A stretch of 42,271 nt of DNA from Flavobacteriales bacterium (GCA_040377305.1 JBEIPA010000037.1:1-42271); one strand, 5' to 3'. Positions 10,496-20,015 are shown, counted from the stretch's first letter. Notes: a model not told the origin generated them from the sequence alone. A program made the numbers and translations.

Positions 10496-11215
10496 CTATT
10501 TATAACCATCCAATGTAACACGGGTTAATCCATTACTATCATTGAATTCGGCTTTCACCACTCCGATTTCAGGGACAAACCATTCGGTAATCGCAATCGT
10601 TCGCTTTCTGATGTACTTCTCATTCAAGTCTGTCGAGCTGTTCTCTACGCGATTGCACTTCATTTGTATTTTGTACGCCAGCTTTGTTCCTGCCGGTGTA
10701 GTTAACGAATCCGCTGCGGTTACCACTCTGTTGACGTAGTCAACACGAACACGCTCATCGTAATACCGGAAGTGTTGCGTGTTGCTAGCCCATGCTCCGG
10801 TTAATGTGTCCCCGATTTTCATGCTTAAGGGATACCATAGACTATCACCCGCATAATCACCAGTGGAGTTGACGTGATTCATCACGATGAAAGCATAGTT
10901 GGCTGCATGTGCATAGAAGTTCACTGAATCATAAGCAAACTGCAGAGGATATCGCCCATAAAGTGCGCCGTTACGATTATATTTTACCAACTCTGCTGTT
11001 GAATGCGCAGCAAGTTGCTTGTCTGTTACGGAATTAATAGTCACTTCAATCCGGCTTTTGTTCCCGCCTCCCCCTTTTGGAAATTCCACCTGACTGAACA
11101 AGAGAACATTTTTCTCATTAAAAAAGTGCGTGGGCCAGTCAATCGCTACCCATGAAAAACCGAGCAAGACCGGAGTCACAAGCAGCATAACCGGAAAGAG
11201 AAAACTGCGTTGCAT
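10496..11215 (-). CDS. DUF3108-like/TapB-type exported protein, paralog 4
   Basis: YPLSMKIGDTL, TTPAGTKLAYKI, EWFVPEIGVVKAE. Confidence 0.75.
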   Translation of the reverse strand: MQRSFLFPVMLLVTPVLLGFSWVAIDWPTHFFNEKNVLLFSQVEFPKGGGGNKSRIEVTINSVTDKQLAAHSTAELVKYNRNGALYGRYPLQFAYDSVNFYAHAANYAFIVMNHVNSTGDYAGDSLWYPLSMKIGDTLTGAWASNTQHFRYYDERVRVDYVNRVVTAADSLTTPAGTKLAYKIQMKCNRVENSSTDLNEKYIRKRTIAITEWFVPEIGVVKAEFNDSNGLTRVTLDGYK

Positions 11216-11242
11216 AGATCAATTTACAAAATCCAAAAAGAA

Positions 11243-11956
11243 CTACTCCGTGCTGTATTTGTCCAGTGAAATGATGCTGAAATAGCGTACTCCTTTTTCC
11301 TGTGCCTTCACTATGCCAAGCTGAGGAGAAAACCACTCTGTCATGGTTACATAGTCCTGCACCTCTGTCTTGCCGGAATACTGTGAATTTCCTTTCGAAC
11401 TAATCACTCTCAGTGCTACTACACGATATGCAGCAACTTTGCCGCAGGGAAGACTCAATGTATCCAGTGCTTCAACAGAACGTCTCGTAAACTCCATCAA
11501 CCCGCTTGTGGTTTCTCCGCGATTGGTCAACATTATTTTACACCATGCGTCGGGAAGTGTGTCACCAACTTTCATCTGAAGGGGATAGATCAGGCTATCT
11601 CCGGAAGTTTCGTCTTCACCTTTCTTTATGGTTTCAATGTCACGATTAAGAAAATTCTGCGCGTGTACGTAATAGTTGAGTGAATCGCATGCAAACTGAA
11701 ACAGGAAAGTTTTGTTTTTAGGAACTCCATCGAAACCGTAAGTCATTGTGGCATTACAGGACCAATGCGAACCATCCTTCTTCACTTCGGTTATTTGGAA
11801 TGAAGAAGCGTACTTCTGCTTTTTCATATCGGTGAAATCGAAATCTCCCGTGAAGGAAAACTCCGCTCCCACCCTAAAAACTGATTCCGGACGGTTGATT
11901 TCTTCTGAACTTAGAAGTGCAGACAGAGAAAGCGCAATGCCCGCGAAGATCTTCAT
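11243..11956 (-). CDS. DUF3108-like/TapB-type exported protein, paralog 3
   Basis: YPLQMKVGDTLPDA, LSLPCGKVAAYRV, EWFSPQLGIVKAQ. Confidence 0.75.
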   Translation of the reverse strand: MKIFAGIALSLSALLSSEEINRPESVFRVGAEFSFTGDFDFTDMKKQKYASSFQITEVKKDGSHWSCNATMTYGFDGVPKNKTFLFQFACDSLNYYVHAQNFLNRDIETIKKGEDETSGDSLIYPLQMKVGDTLPDAWCKIMLTNRGETTSGLMEFTRRSVEALDTLSLPCGKVAAYRVVALRVISSKGNSQYSGKTEVQDYVTMTEWFSPQLGIVKAQEKGVRYFSIISLDKYSTE

Positions 11957-11961
11957 GACGA

Positions 11962-12687
11962 CTATTGACCTTTCGTGAAGGCGGTGAGCTCAGTGTATCC
12001 CTGAAGCTTGCCTTTCTGATACGATTCTGATCGTACTGATCCCACCTTGTTACTGAACCACTCTGTTGTTTGTGTGGGTGGCATCGGCATATTGAAAGTT
12101 CCCATTCGCGTTGATCCTTCAAGAGTAGCCGTAATTTTATAGCACTCCCAGGTGCCAGCCGGTGTTGTTCTCGACTCGATAGCTACACACTTACGATCCT
12201 TCACCGCAATGTTTGTAACCACCACGAGCGGACTGTCTTTTGTTTTTACAGTCACCTTAATATTTCCGCCGGGAAGGGCTTGACCCACTGTCATTGCTGC
12301 AGGAAAATCAAGCATATCTGCTTCAACTGATACTTCTGCATCCTTTCCTGCTCCCTGTGAACTCGCCTGCTGCTTAGCCAATGCTGAAAGATCCATGCGC
12401 ATCAATCCGTTCTCACAGATAAAATTGAACGCCATAGTGTCTTTTGCAACACCTGCAGCATCTTTCGAAATTGCATCAATGGCAGCAGTGGTCTTCGTGG
12501 CTTCAACAGTAATCGCTTTTACAGTTGCGTCGGTACTTCCCTGCACTTTGCCTGATGCATCGTAGCTGGTAGTAGTGTACTGCGTTCCTTTTACGAACTC
12601 GTTGAACAAAGCGCAGTCGGAGGCAACGAAGCTACTCGCTGTGAGAAGCAAAACTGTCGCAGAGAAAATGAGTGATGTCCTTTTCAT
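11962..12687 (-). CDS. DUF3108-like/TapB-type exported protein, paralog 2 (most canonical)
   Basis: Signal peptide; FPAAMTVGQALP, TTPAGTWECYKI, EWFSNKVGSVRSESY. Confidence 0.8.
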   Translation of the reverse strand: MKRTSLIFSATVLLLTASSFVASDCALFNEFVKGTQYTTTSYDASGKVQGSTDATVKAITVEATKTTAAIDAISKDAAGVAKDTMAFNFICENGLMRMDLSALAKQQASSQGAGKDAEVSVEADMLDFPAAMTVGQALPGGNIKVTVKTKDSPLVVVTNIAVKDRKCVAIESRTTPAGTWECYKITATLEGSTRMGTFNMPMPPTQTTEWFSNKVGSVRSESYQKGKLQGYTELTAFTKGQ

Positions 12688-12697
12688 GGGTTAGAGT

Positions 12698-13450
12698 TTA
12701 TTTTGGAGCATTGATTTTTGTCAGCTCCGAGTAGTTTGTAAGCTTTCCTTCTACGTATGCTTCACAACGAACGGTACCAATCCTGGGACTGAACCATTCA
12801 ATGCAATCCATTATGATGACGTCGGCTTTTCCTTCAGGCGTTTTTACCGTTAACTGGTTCTTATATCTGATCTTAAAACAAGTCCACGTTCCTGCAGGAG
12901 TTGTCACCGCATGAATGGAATCACAGATACGATCCTTCCATTTCATGATTGTAAGATAAGTCACAGAACCACCTCCACCATTAGGACCAGCGAGTGGGTT
13001 CGGCCCAGCTTTCAACTTGATGGTGACTGACGCTTTCGCATCCTGCAACGTATCACCGATCTTCATATCCTTTGGATAGACAAGCGGATCACCTGCATAA
13101 CTTTTATCCGCATCGCCACCGAGTGATTTACTGCTACCAGCTAAAAAATGTCGAGGGTCAATTGAGAATGTACCCATATTACATTTCCAGTCCGAAATTG
13201 TAGGAGAACCTGCTACACCATCCTTATCACGGGCCGTCGTTTCAATTTTCGCATTAAATCCTGTTGGATCAGTTACAAATGTCTTCACCACAAACTCTGT
13301 ACTCGTAATTGTTCCATTCTTTTCATCGTGATTTGTCCAAACTAACTGCGTCCCTTCAGCGAATTCACAGCTACATAAGTCTTCTCCCACAGCCGAAGTC
13401 AGTAGAACAAATAGTATCAATACACCACTCAGAAATAAACTGCGAATCAC
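12698..13450 (-). CDS. DUF3108-like/TapB-type exported protein, paralog 1
   Basis: Signal peptide; YPKDMKIGDTLQDA, TTPAGTWTCFKI, EWFSPRIGTVRCE. Confidence 0.78.
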   Translation of the reverse strand: MIRSLFLSGVLILFVLLTSAVGEDLCSCEFAEGTQLVWTNHDEKNGTITSTEFVVKTFVTDPTGFNAKIETTARDKDGVAGSPTISDWKCNMGTFSIDPRHFLAGSSKSLGGDADKSYAGDPLVYPKDMKIGDTLQDAKASVTIKLKAGPNPLAGPNGGGGSVTYLTIMKWKDRICDSIHAVTTPAGTWTCFKIRYKNQLTVKTPEGKADVIIMDCIEWFSPRIGTVRCEAYVEGKLTNYSELTKINAPK

Positions 13451-13460
13451 AACGTAATGG

Positions 13461-15131
13461 TTAAACGGTCAACTTTTTATAACGGAATCGTTTCGGCTCA
13501 CTATCACCCAAACGTTTCTTCTTGTTCTCTTCGTATTCGGTGTATGTTCCTTCGAAGAAATACACAGAAGAATTTCCTTCGAATGCGAGAATGTGGGTAC
13601 ACACGCGATCGAGGAACCAACGGTCGTGAGAAATGATTACGGCACATCCGGCGAAGTTTTCCAAAGCTTCTTCGAGTGCACGCATCGTGTTCACATCAAT
13701 ATCGTTGGTCGGCTCATCGAGCAGCAACACGTTCGCTCCTCCACGCAAAGTCAATGCCAGATGCAAACGATTGCGTTCACCACCCGAAAGCACTTTCACT
13801 TTCTTGCCCTGATCTTGTCCGGCGAAGTTGAACTTGGAAACGTAAGCGCGTGAATTCAATTTCATTCCGCCCAGCTCAACGTATTCTGTTCCACCAGTGA
13901 TGGCTTCGAATACGGTATGCTCCTGATTAATATCTGAGTGCGCCTGATCAACGTAAGCAACTTTCACAGTTGGTCCCACTTTGAACTCACCAGCATCGGG
14001 ATTCTGCTCACCCATAATCATACGGAACAAGGTCGTTTTACCCGCACCGTTTGGTCCTATGATCCCTACAATTCCTGCAGGAGGTAATTTGAAATTCATT
14101 CCTTCATACAGGACCTTATCGCCGAATGCTTTGGATACACCGATCGCTTCAATAACCTCATTACCCAAACGCGGACCGTTCGGAATGAAGAGCTCCAATG
14201 TTTCTTCTTTCGATTTCACATCTTCACCGAGCATCTTCTCGTAATTCGCAATACGTGCTTTGGATTTCGACTGACGGCCTTTCGGTCCTTTGCGCACCCA
14301 TTCCAACTCGCGCTCGAGTGTTTTACGACGCTTGCTCTCCGTTTTCTCTTCCTGTGCGAGTCGTTTCGATTTCTGGTCCAGCCAATCGGAGTAATTTCCT
14401 TTCCACGGAATTCCTTCACCGCGATCCAATTCAAGAATCCATCCTGCAACGTTGTCGAGGAAATATCTATCGTGTGTTACAGAGATAATTGTTCCCGGAT
14501 AAGTTGCCAGGTGATTCTCCAACCACTGTACTGATTCAGCATCTAAGTGGTTAGTCGGCTCATCAAGGAGAAGAATATCCGGTTGCTTCAGAAGCAAACG
14601 ACATAATGCAACGCGACGACGTTCACCACCGGAGCAAACTGAAATCGGAGTATCGCCTTCCGGACACTGTAACGCATCCATAGAGCGCTCGAGTTTGTTC
14701 TCGATATTCCATGCATCGAGCTGATCAATTTTCTCCTGCAGATACGCCTGACGCGCGATGAGCTTGTCCATATCCGCATCCGGATCAGCGAACTTGTTGT
14801 TCACTTCTTCGAATTCAGTGAGCACATCTGTAATTTCCTGAACACCTTCTTTGACGATGTCCATTACCGTTTTCGTTTCATCGAACTTCGGCTCCTGCTC
14901 GAGCATTCCGATGGAATATCCCGGAGAGAAGTGAATATCACCAATGTAATCCTTGTCGACACCAGCAATGATGCGCAACAACGACGATTTACCGGAACCG
15001 TTCAAACCGATTACACCGATTTTCGCGCCGTAATAAAACGAGAGATAAATATCTTTTAGAACCTGTTTCTGTGGAGGGTGAATTTTTGAAACATTCACCA
15101 TCGAGAATATAATTTGTCTTCCTTCTGACAT
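13461..15131 (-). CDS. ettA: Energy-dependent translational throttle ABC-F ATPase EttA
   Basis: Two ABC domains (GLNGSGKS, GPNGAGKT; SGGE; LLLDEPTN); EttA-specific GEGIPWKGNYSDWL and ELEWVR...RQSKSKAR linker; C-terminal RFRYKKL. Confidence 0.95.
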   Translation of the reverse strand: MSEGRQIIFSMVNVSKIHPPQKQVLKDIYLSFYYGAKIGVIGLNGSGKSSLLRIIAGVDKDYIGDIHFSPGYSIGMLEQEPKFDETKTVMDIVKEGVQEITDVLTEFEEVNNKFADPDADMDKLIARQAYLQEKIDQLDAWNIENKLERSMDALQCPEGDTPISVCSGGERRRVALCRLLLKQPDILLLDEPTNHLDAESVQWLENHLATYPGTIISVTHDRYFLDNVAGWILELDRGEGIPWKGNYSDWLDQKSKRLAQEEKTESKRRKTLERELEWVRKGPKGRQSKSKARIANYEKMLGEDVKSKEETLELFIPNGPRLGNEVIEAIGVSKAFGDKVLYEGMNFKLPPAGIVGIIGPNGAGKTTLFRMIMGEQNPDAGEFKVGPTVKVAYVDQAHSDINQEHTVFEAITGGTEYVELGGMKLNSRAYVSKFNFAGQDQGKKVKVLSGGERNRLHLALTLRGGANVLLLDEPTNDIDVNTMRALEEALENFAGCAVIISHDRWFLDRVCTHILAFEGNSSVYFFEGTYTEYEENKKKRLGDSEPKRFRYKKLTV

Positions 15132-15161
15132 GGGTATTTTTTATTGGGAGAATTTGGGGTA

Positions 15162-15169
15162 CAAATATA
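15162..15169 (-). promoter_or_regulatory. Bacteroidota -7 box (TATATTTG) for ettA
   Basis: TAnnTTTG match 30 nt upstream of the ATG. Confidence 0.6.
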
Positions 15170-15262
15170 CGCGTTCCCAGTTCTCAGTTTCCGGTTCCCT
15201 GTTGGGAAAAGTCGAGTATAATGCTAGAAAAGTGTCCGTATATTTCGAAAAACAGCACAACT

Positions 15263-15748
15263 ATGGCGAATCCGATAATCCAAAACCCTTGTCCGGAAAA
15301 ATGGGAAGGAATGACTCCCGACGAACAAGGACGTTTTTGCGGAAAGTGCTCCAAAATCGTGTTTGATTTTACGAAGAAGACAACCCAGGAAATTGTGGAC
15401 TTTTTGACAGCGCGAAAGGGCGATGATATTTGCGGAAAACTTAGAAAGCCTGCTTTGGTTCCTGTACGCGTATCAAAAGGAATAAAGCTCTTCGCAGCGG
15501 CAATTTATCTCGCGTTCGGTTCATTGCTTTTCTCTTCCTGCGGACCAACAGAACACGAGGAACCAATTGGAAAAGTTGGATTAGACAGCGCGGAAGCTGC
15601 AGAAAACCAATATCAATATGACTCGATGATGGCTGCTGATTCAATGGCTGTTCAGCCTACCAACGCAGACACAACAGACATGGATTCGGCAAAGATGATG
15701 AGCACGATTAACATACTCGACTCGATCATGAAAGCGAAGAATAAGTAG
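15263..15748 (+). CDS. Hypothetical protein with N-terminal Cys4 domain and internal lipobox-like TM segment
   Basis: NPCPEKWEGM...GRFCGKC...DFT...ICG motif common in Bacteroidota, then a hydrophobic stretch ending LLFSSC and a low-complexity tail. Start at ATG 15263. Confidence 0.7.
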   Translation: MANPIIQNPCPEKWEGMTPDEQGRFCGKCSKIVFDFTKKTTQEIVDFLTARKGDDICGKLRKPALVPVRVSKGIKLFAAAIYLAFGSLLFSSCGPTEHEEPIGKVGLDSAEAAENQYQYDSMMAADSMAVQPTNADTTDMDSAKMMSTINILDSIMKAKNK

Positions 15749-15749
15749 T

Positions 15750-16391
15750 TTACTTCGAAAAATACAACGGATGTTTCTCGTTGTATTTCCGCAAGTAAAT
15801 AAACGCCTGATCTTTCTTCTGACGCTTTTTCAATGCATCGTACTCTGCACCTAAAACCGGATCGCGTTGCAAAATGTAGGAGATTGTTTGCGGATTGAAA
15901 TCGTAAACGCTTCCTGTTTTTGTATCGAGCACATATTGCTGCAAGGATTCAACCGGCGTTCCATACTGCTGTGTTGGTGCACTTCCCGGTCCGGTATACA
16001 TGTAATTCGTAACGTACGCAGTGAAGTGACAAATGGTACCAATTACCACTACACGATTGAATGTGTAATTGTAACGTATGTAAACCGTTTTGTTTTCACA
16101 ATATCCCCACGTGGAAACAGTTTTTGTGGTGTGAAGAACTCCTGCCGTGTCGCGCCACTGAAAACTCGTCTTTGTTAATAGCAGACGAAGAAAGTCAAGC
16201 TTGCTTGTATCACCTTCAAAAACGAGTGCGCTTTTCGGAAGCGGGGAATTATTCCGGAACTGCTCGAAGGAGAGATAGATGCCAGAATTGAAAGAAAATC
16301 CTTGTGTGTATTGTATAGAATCGCTCTGTGCTGATGCAACCATCGTTAAACACAATAACAATCCTAATGTTCCTGCTCTCATTTGATTCAA
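15750..16391 (-). CDS. Hypothetical exported protein
   Basis: Signal peptide (ASA|Q); GIYLSFEQFRNNSP and WGYCENKTVYI segments typical of Bacteroidota hypotheticals. Confidence 0.75.
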   Translation of the reverse strand: MNQMRAGTLGLLLCLTMVASAQSDSIQYTQGFSFNSGIYLSFEQFRNNSPLPKSALVFEGDTSKLDFLRLLLTKTSFQWRDTAGVLHTTKTVSTWGYCENKTVYIRYNYTFNRVVVIGTICHFTAYVTNYMYTGPGSAPTQQYGTPVESLQQYVLDTKTGSVYDFNPQTISYILQRDPVLGAEYDALKKRQKKDQAFIYLRKYNEKHPLYFSK

Positions 16392-16449
16392 ATATCGTGG
16401 AAATTCACCGTTAATTCACGAACTTTATACTTCACATATATCATGCCGC

Positions 16450-18582
16450 ATGCGTTCACTTCTACTTGCATTTGCATTGCTCATTTCCGGTTCTGCATTT
16501 TCACAGCGATCTGCAAAAGTTCCGCTTTCTGTTGAACTTAAAACGGCAGGTTATGCGCCTGGACAATTCATCAGTCTTCTCGTTGAAGGTAATCCGCAAC
16601 AAATTGCGGCAACTGTGAAAACTCACGGTGGATTCCTGATGCATAACGAAGGAAACATCTGTTCGATACAACTTCCGTGTGGAGAAATGCATGCATTTGC
16701 GAATGAAGAATGCGTGATCCGTGTCGGAAATGCGCCGATTCACATGCAGGTGCTGAACGATACAATGAAAAAACAAACCGGCGTGCTCGATGTGCGCAAC
16801 GGATTGGCTCCACTTCCGCAAGGTTATACCGGTGCAGGAATTGTGATGGGAATCATTGACTCGGGTATTGACTTTAATCACCCCGATTTCAAAGACACTT
16901 CCGGAAATACACGCATTTATAAAATCTGGGATCAGCGCGATCAGCAAGGTCCTGCTGCAATGCCCTGGAATTACGGAACTCTGTGGGACAGTATGTCTAT
17001 CAATAACCAGACTTGTCAGCACAACGATTTGCAATATTACGGACATGGAACACACGTGAGCGGAATTGCTGCCGGTAATGGAAACAGCGCAACGATACTC
17101 GACATGAGTGGAGTTGCTCCTGATGTTGTGATCATTGCGGTCGCCCTGGATTTCTCCGGTAACATGAGTCCGACAGCAATTGCAGATGCTGCGAAATTTA
17201 TTTACGGAGAAGCACAGGCGTTAGGAATGCCTTGTGTGATCAATGCGAGTGTGGGCGACTATTACGGTTCGCACGACGGACAGGATCTGCAATCGTTGAT
17301 GATTGACTCCTTGCTGAATACGCCAGGAAGATTATTTGTAAGTGCTGCAGGAAATGCAGGTGGATTACCGATTCACGTTTCGTATCCGATTTCAAACGTC
17401 GACACGAATCTAACATGGTTCAATACCGGAAGCGGTCCGATTTACGTTCAGCTGTGGGCTGATCAAGGAAATTTCGGTGCAGCAGAATTTGCAATTGGAT
17501 GCACACGTCCTTCGGATTGGGCAGATCTTGATCGAACGAACTTCACCAATATTCTGGCGAATCTTTCTGTGAATGGCTTCGATACACTGCGCAACGGTAG
17601 CGGACAACGACTCGCAAGAATTGAACGACTCGGCTCCACGCAAGGTAATGCATACAGCATGGAGTTTGTGATCTATCCCGATTCGCAAGCTTACAATTTC
17701 GGATTGTACATGACCGGTGCCGGATTGTTCCACTGCTGGAGTTTTGATTTTTATAGTGGGTCATATCCCACAGCAGGACAGTATCCGCCAATCGTTGATT
17801 ACAAGTATCCGGATCTCACGCACAACATCGTTGGAGGATTCCAGTGTTCGGATCGTGTGATCTGCGTTGCGAACTATGTAAATCGCGATGAGTGGCCGGA
17901 TTACACAGGTGGAATCAGTTACGACACCACTGTAACCGCTGGCGAATTGATGTACAACTCCAGTGTAGGACCAACGCGCGACGGAAGAATCAAACCGGAA
18001 ATTGCAGCGCCGGGCGCGAATAATTTTTCGTGTATACTCACTCAAAATCAGGCGGCCGTTCTCGCGGGTGCACCCACAGAATGCACGGTCGACGGATGGC
18101 ATATACGCGGTGGCGGAACATCAGCTGCTTCTCCTGTTGTAGCGGGAGTTGGTGCGATGTGGCTCGAGCGATACCCGAATGCAACGTGGAGTGAATTCCG
18201 TTCTGCAGTGTGGTGGTGCGCAAAACAAGACACGTTCACCGGAACCAATTTGCCCAATGCAGATTGGGGCTACGGAAAAATTGACGCGTGGAGCATGTTC
18301 GTGAATTGCGCAACCAGCATGAGTGTAGAAGAACCAACGGTCTCCAATGGAATTTCGGTTTATCCGAATCCGTCCGATGAAAATACCGGCGTTACCATTC
18401 AACTCGCAAATACTTCTTCGGCAACGCCTGTGAATATTTACAACGCACTTGGTGAATTGATTTTCGTTGGCTACACCGACAATACCGGAAAAGTTGTTGT
18501 GAACGGATTGACTGCGGGAATGTATGTTGCTTCGGTGCAAACAGAAACCGGCAACTCCTCAACCAGGTTTGTGGTAAACTAA
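16450..18582 (+). CDS. S8 subtilisin-like serine peptidase with T9SS type A C-terminal sorting domain
   Basis: Triad IIDSGID / HGTHVSGIAAG / GGTSAASP; SAAGNAG; insertion between His and Ser regions; CTD 'VYPNPS...IYNALG...GMYV...RFVVN'. Confidence 0.92.
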   Translation: MRSLLLAFALLISGSAFSQRSAKVPLSVELKTAGYAPGQFISLLVEGNPQQIAATVKTHGGFLMHNEGNICSIQLPCGEMHAFANEECVIRVGNAPIHMQVLNDTMKKQTGVLDVRNGLAPLPQGYTGAGIVMGIIDSGIDFNHPDFKDTSGNTRIYKIWDQRDQQGPAAMPWNYGTLWDSMSINNQTCQHNDLQYYGHGTHVSGIAAGNGNSATILDMSGVAPDVVIIAVALDFSGNMSPTAIADAAKFIYGEAQALGMPCVINASVGDYYGSHDGQDLQSLMIDSLLNTPGRLFVSAAGNAGGLPIHVSYPISNVDTNLTWFNTGSGPIYVQLWADQGNFGAAEFAIGCTRPSDWADLDRTNFTNILANLSVNGFDTLRNGSGQRLARIERLGSTQGNAYSMEFVIYPDSQAYNFGLYMTGAGLFHCWSFDFYSGSYPTAGQYPPIVDYKYPDLTHNIVGGFQCSDRVICVANYVNRDEWPDYTGGISYDTTVTAGELMYNSSVGPTRDGRIKPEIAAPGANNFSCILTQNQAAVLAGAPTECTVDGWHIRGGGTSAASPVVAGVGAMWLERYPNATWSEFRSAVWWCAKQDTFTGTNLPNADWGYGKIDAWSMFVNCATSMSVEEPTVSNGISVYPNPSDENTGVTIQLANTSSATPVNIYNALGELIFVGYTDNTGKVVVNGLTAGMYVASVQTETGNSSTRFVVN

Positions 18583-18598
18583 GTAGTAGTTCCTTGTT

Positions 18599-18639
18599 AC
18601 CACGAAGAGCACGAAGGTTCACCTGGAGGTCATGAAGTA
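18599..18639. repeat. Degenerate CACGAAG-type short repeats
   Basis: accacgaagagcacgaaggttcacctggaggtcatgaag; same motif family as 8217-8276. Confidence 0.4.
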
Positions 18640-18672
18640 AGTCCTCTGAGTTGGTCTTGTCGATTCTGTGGC

Positions 18673-18680
18673 TAACTTTG
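18673..18680 (+). promoter_or_regulatory. Bacteroidota -7 box (TAACTTTG), probably leaderless transcript
   Basis: Exact consensus 4 nt before ATG 18685. Confidence 0.6.
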
Positions 18681-18684
18681 CCGC

Positions 18685-18948
18685 ATGAAGAAATACATTC
18701 CGTTTTTTGGCATCGCCGGATTGGTTTGCGGAATCATTTGTACGTTATCAGCTTTTCTTCCGGGAATAGGTGTTTTCATTTCCATGATTGTTATGGTCCC
18801 CGGATTTCTACTCAGTAGCTTGTATGTGATGTTCGCCACACGTTACGAAGTTGAAACGCCACGGATTAATCCCGGTTACATTGGGATGGCACTCTCTTCC
18901 ACTCCACTTTTGCTTTTCATTTTCTTCTTCGTAACAAGTGGAAAGTAG
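18685..18948 (+). CDS. Small hypothetical membrane protein (3 TM)
   Basis: 87 aa with three hydrophobic helices; overlaps the start of the ubiA-like gene. Confidence 0.7.
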   Translation: MKKYIPFFGIAGLVCGIICTLSAFLPGIGVFISMIVMVPGFLLSSLYVMFATRYEVETPRINPGYIGMALSSTPLLLFIFFFVTSGK

Positions 18949-19843
18949 CGCTGAACATAAATCCGGAGTCAAAGATTTCTTTTCGCTGGTAACGTTTAGT
19001 CACACCATTTTCGCAATGCCGTTTGCGATCATCGGTTACATGTACGGTTTTCTGCGTTTCGATCATATTGAATTTTCCTGGAAGCTTTTCGGACTCGTTA
19101 TTCTCTGTATGATCTTCGCACGTAATGCAGCTATGGGTTTCAATCGCTATGCCGACAGAAACATCGATGCAAAGAATGCCCGAACGGCCACCCGTGAAAT
19201 TCCTGCGGGAAAAATCTCCGCAACGTCAGCGCTGTGGTTTGTAATTGCAAATTCCTTGCTGTTCATCGCAACAACTTATTTCATCAATACAATTTGCTTT
19301 TACCTTTCTCCTGTTGCCTTGATCGTTGTTCTCGGTTACAGCATCACGAAACGATTCACGGCTCTTTGTCACATCATTCTCGGATTAGGATTAGCACTCG
19401 CACCAATCGGAGCCTATCTCGCTGTAATGGGTCGCTTCGACATGGGTCCACTTTGGTTTTCTTTTGCTGTTTTGTTTTGGGTGAGCGGATTCGATATCAT
19501 TTACGCTTTGCAGGATGCAGAATTTGATGAACTGCAAAAGCTACATTCAATTCCTGCATGGCTCGGAAAACAAAAAGCGCTGAACCTCTCCAAGTTTTTG
19601 CACGTGTGTTCTGCAACCTGCATTTGGATTGCGGGCTTCTACGGAAAATTCGGAACGCTTTATTTTATCGGTGCTTTGTTCTTCACCGGACTGCTCATCT
19701 ACCAACACACATTGGTAAAGCCAAATGACTTGTCGAAAGTCAATCGTGCGTTCTTCACCACCAATGGTATCGCGAGTGTGGTTTTTGCCAGCTTTGTGAT
19801 CACCGATCTTGTTTTTGGCTGGAGAATTTTCACCTACTTCTGA
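18938..19843 (+). CDS. ubiA: UbiA-family polyprenyltransferase (MqnP/SCO4491-like)
   Basis: FSHTIFAMPFA, RNAAMGFNRYADRNIDAKNARTATREIPAG, YSITKRFT, GFDIIYALQDAEFD, VNRAFFTTNG. Confidence 0.85.
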   Translation: MESSAEHKSGVKDFFSLVTFSHTIFAMPFAIIGYMYGFLRFDHIEFSWKLFGLVILCMIFARNAAMGFNRYADRNIDAKNARTATREIPAGKISATSALWFVIANSLLFIATTYFINTICFYLSPVALIVVLGYSITKRFTALCHIILGLGLALAPIGAYLAVMGRFDMGPLWFSFAVLFWVSGFDIIYALQDAEFDELQKLHSIPAWLGKQKALNLSKFLHVCSATCIWIAGFYGKFGTLYFIGALFFTGLLIYQHTLVKPNDLSKVNRAFFTTNGIASVVFASFVITDLVFGWRIFTYF

Positions 19844-20015
19844 TCGTCTGATATTTGATCGCAGACTGAGGAGCAATTTGACACCTTATTATCTTTGTCG
19901 AAATTCGCTTAAAAAAAGACTTAAATCTGTCTTTTTTGGACGAATAACGTATTCTGACGCCTTATACAAAAATCAGCGTTTTTATTGAGCAGTTGCCTTG
20001 CACGTGCTGAGCGGT

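Noticed and set aside
9755-13450. Integron cassette array or prophage origin for the five-gene array
   Set aside because: Gaps are too short for attC sites, there are no integrase or phage genes, and the genes are paralogs rather than unrelated cassettes.
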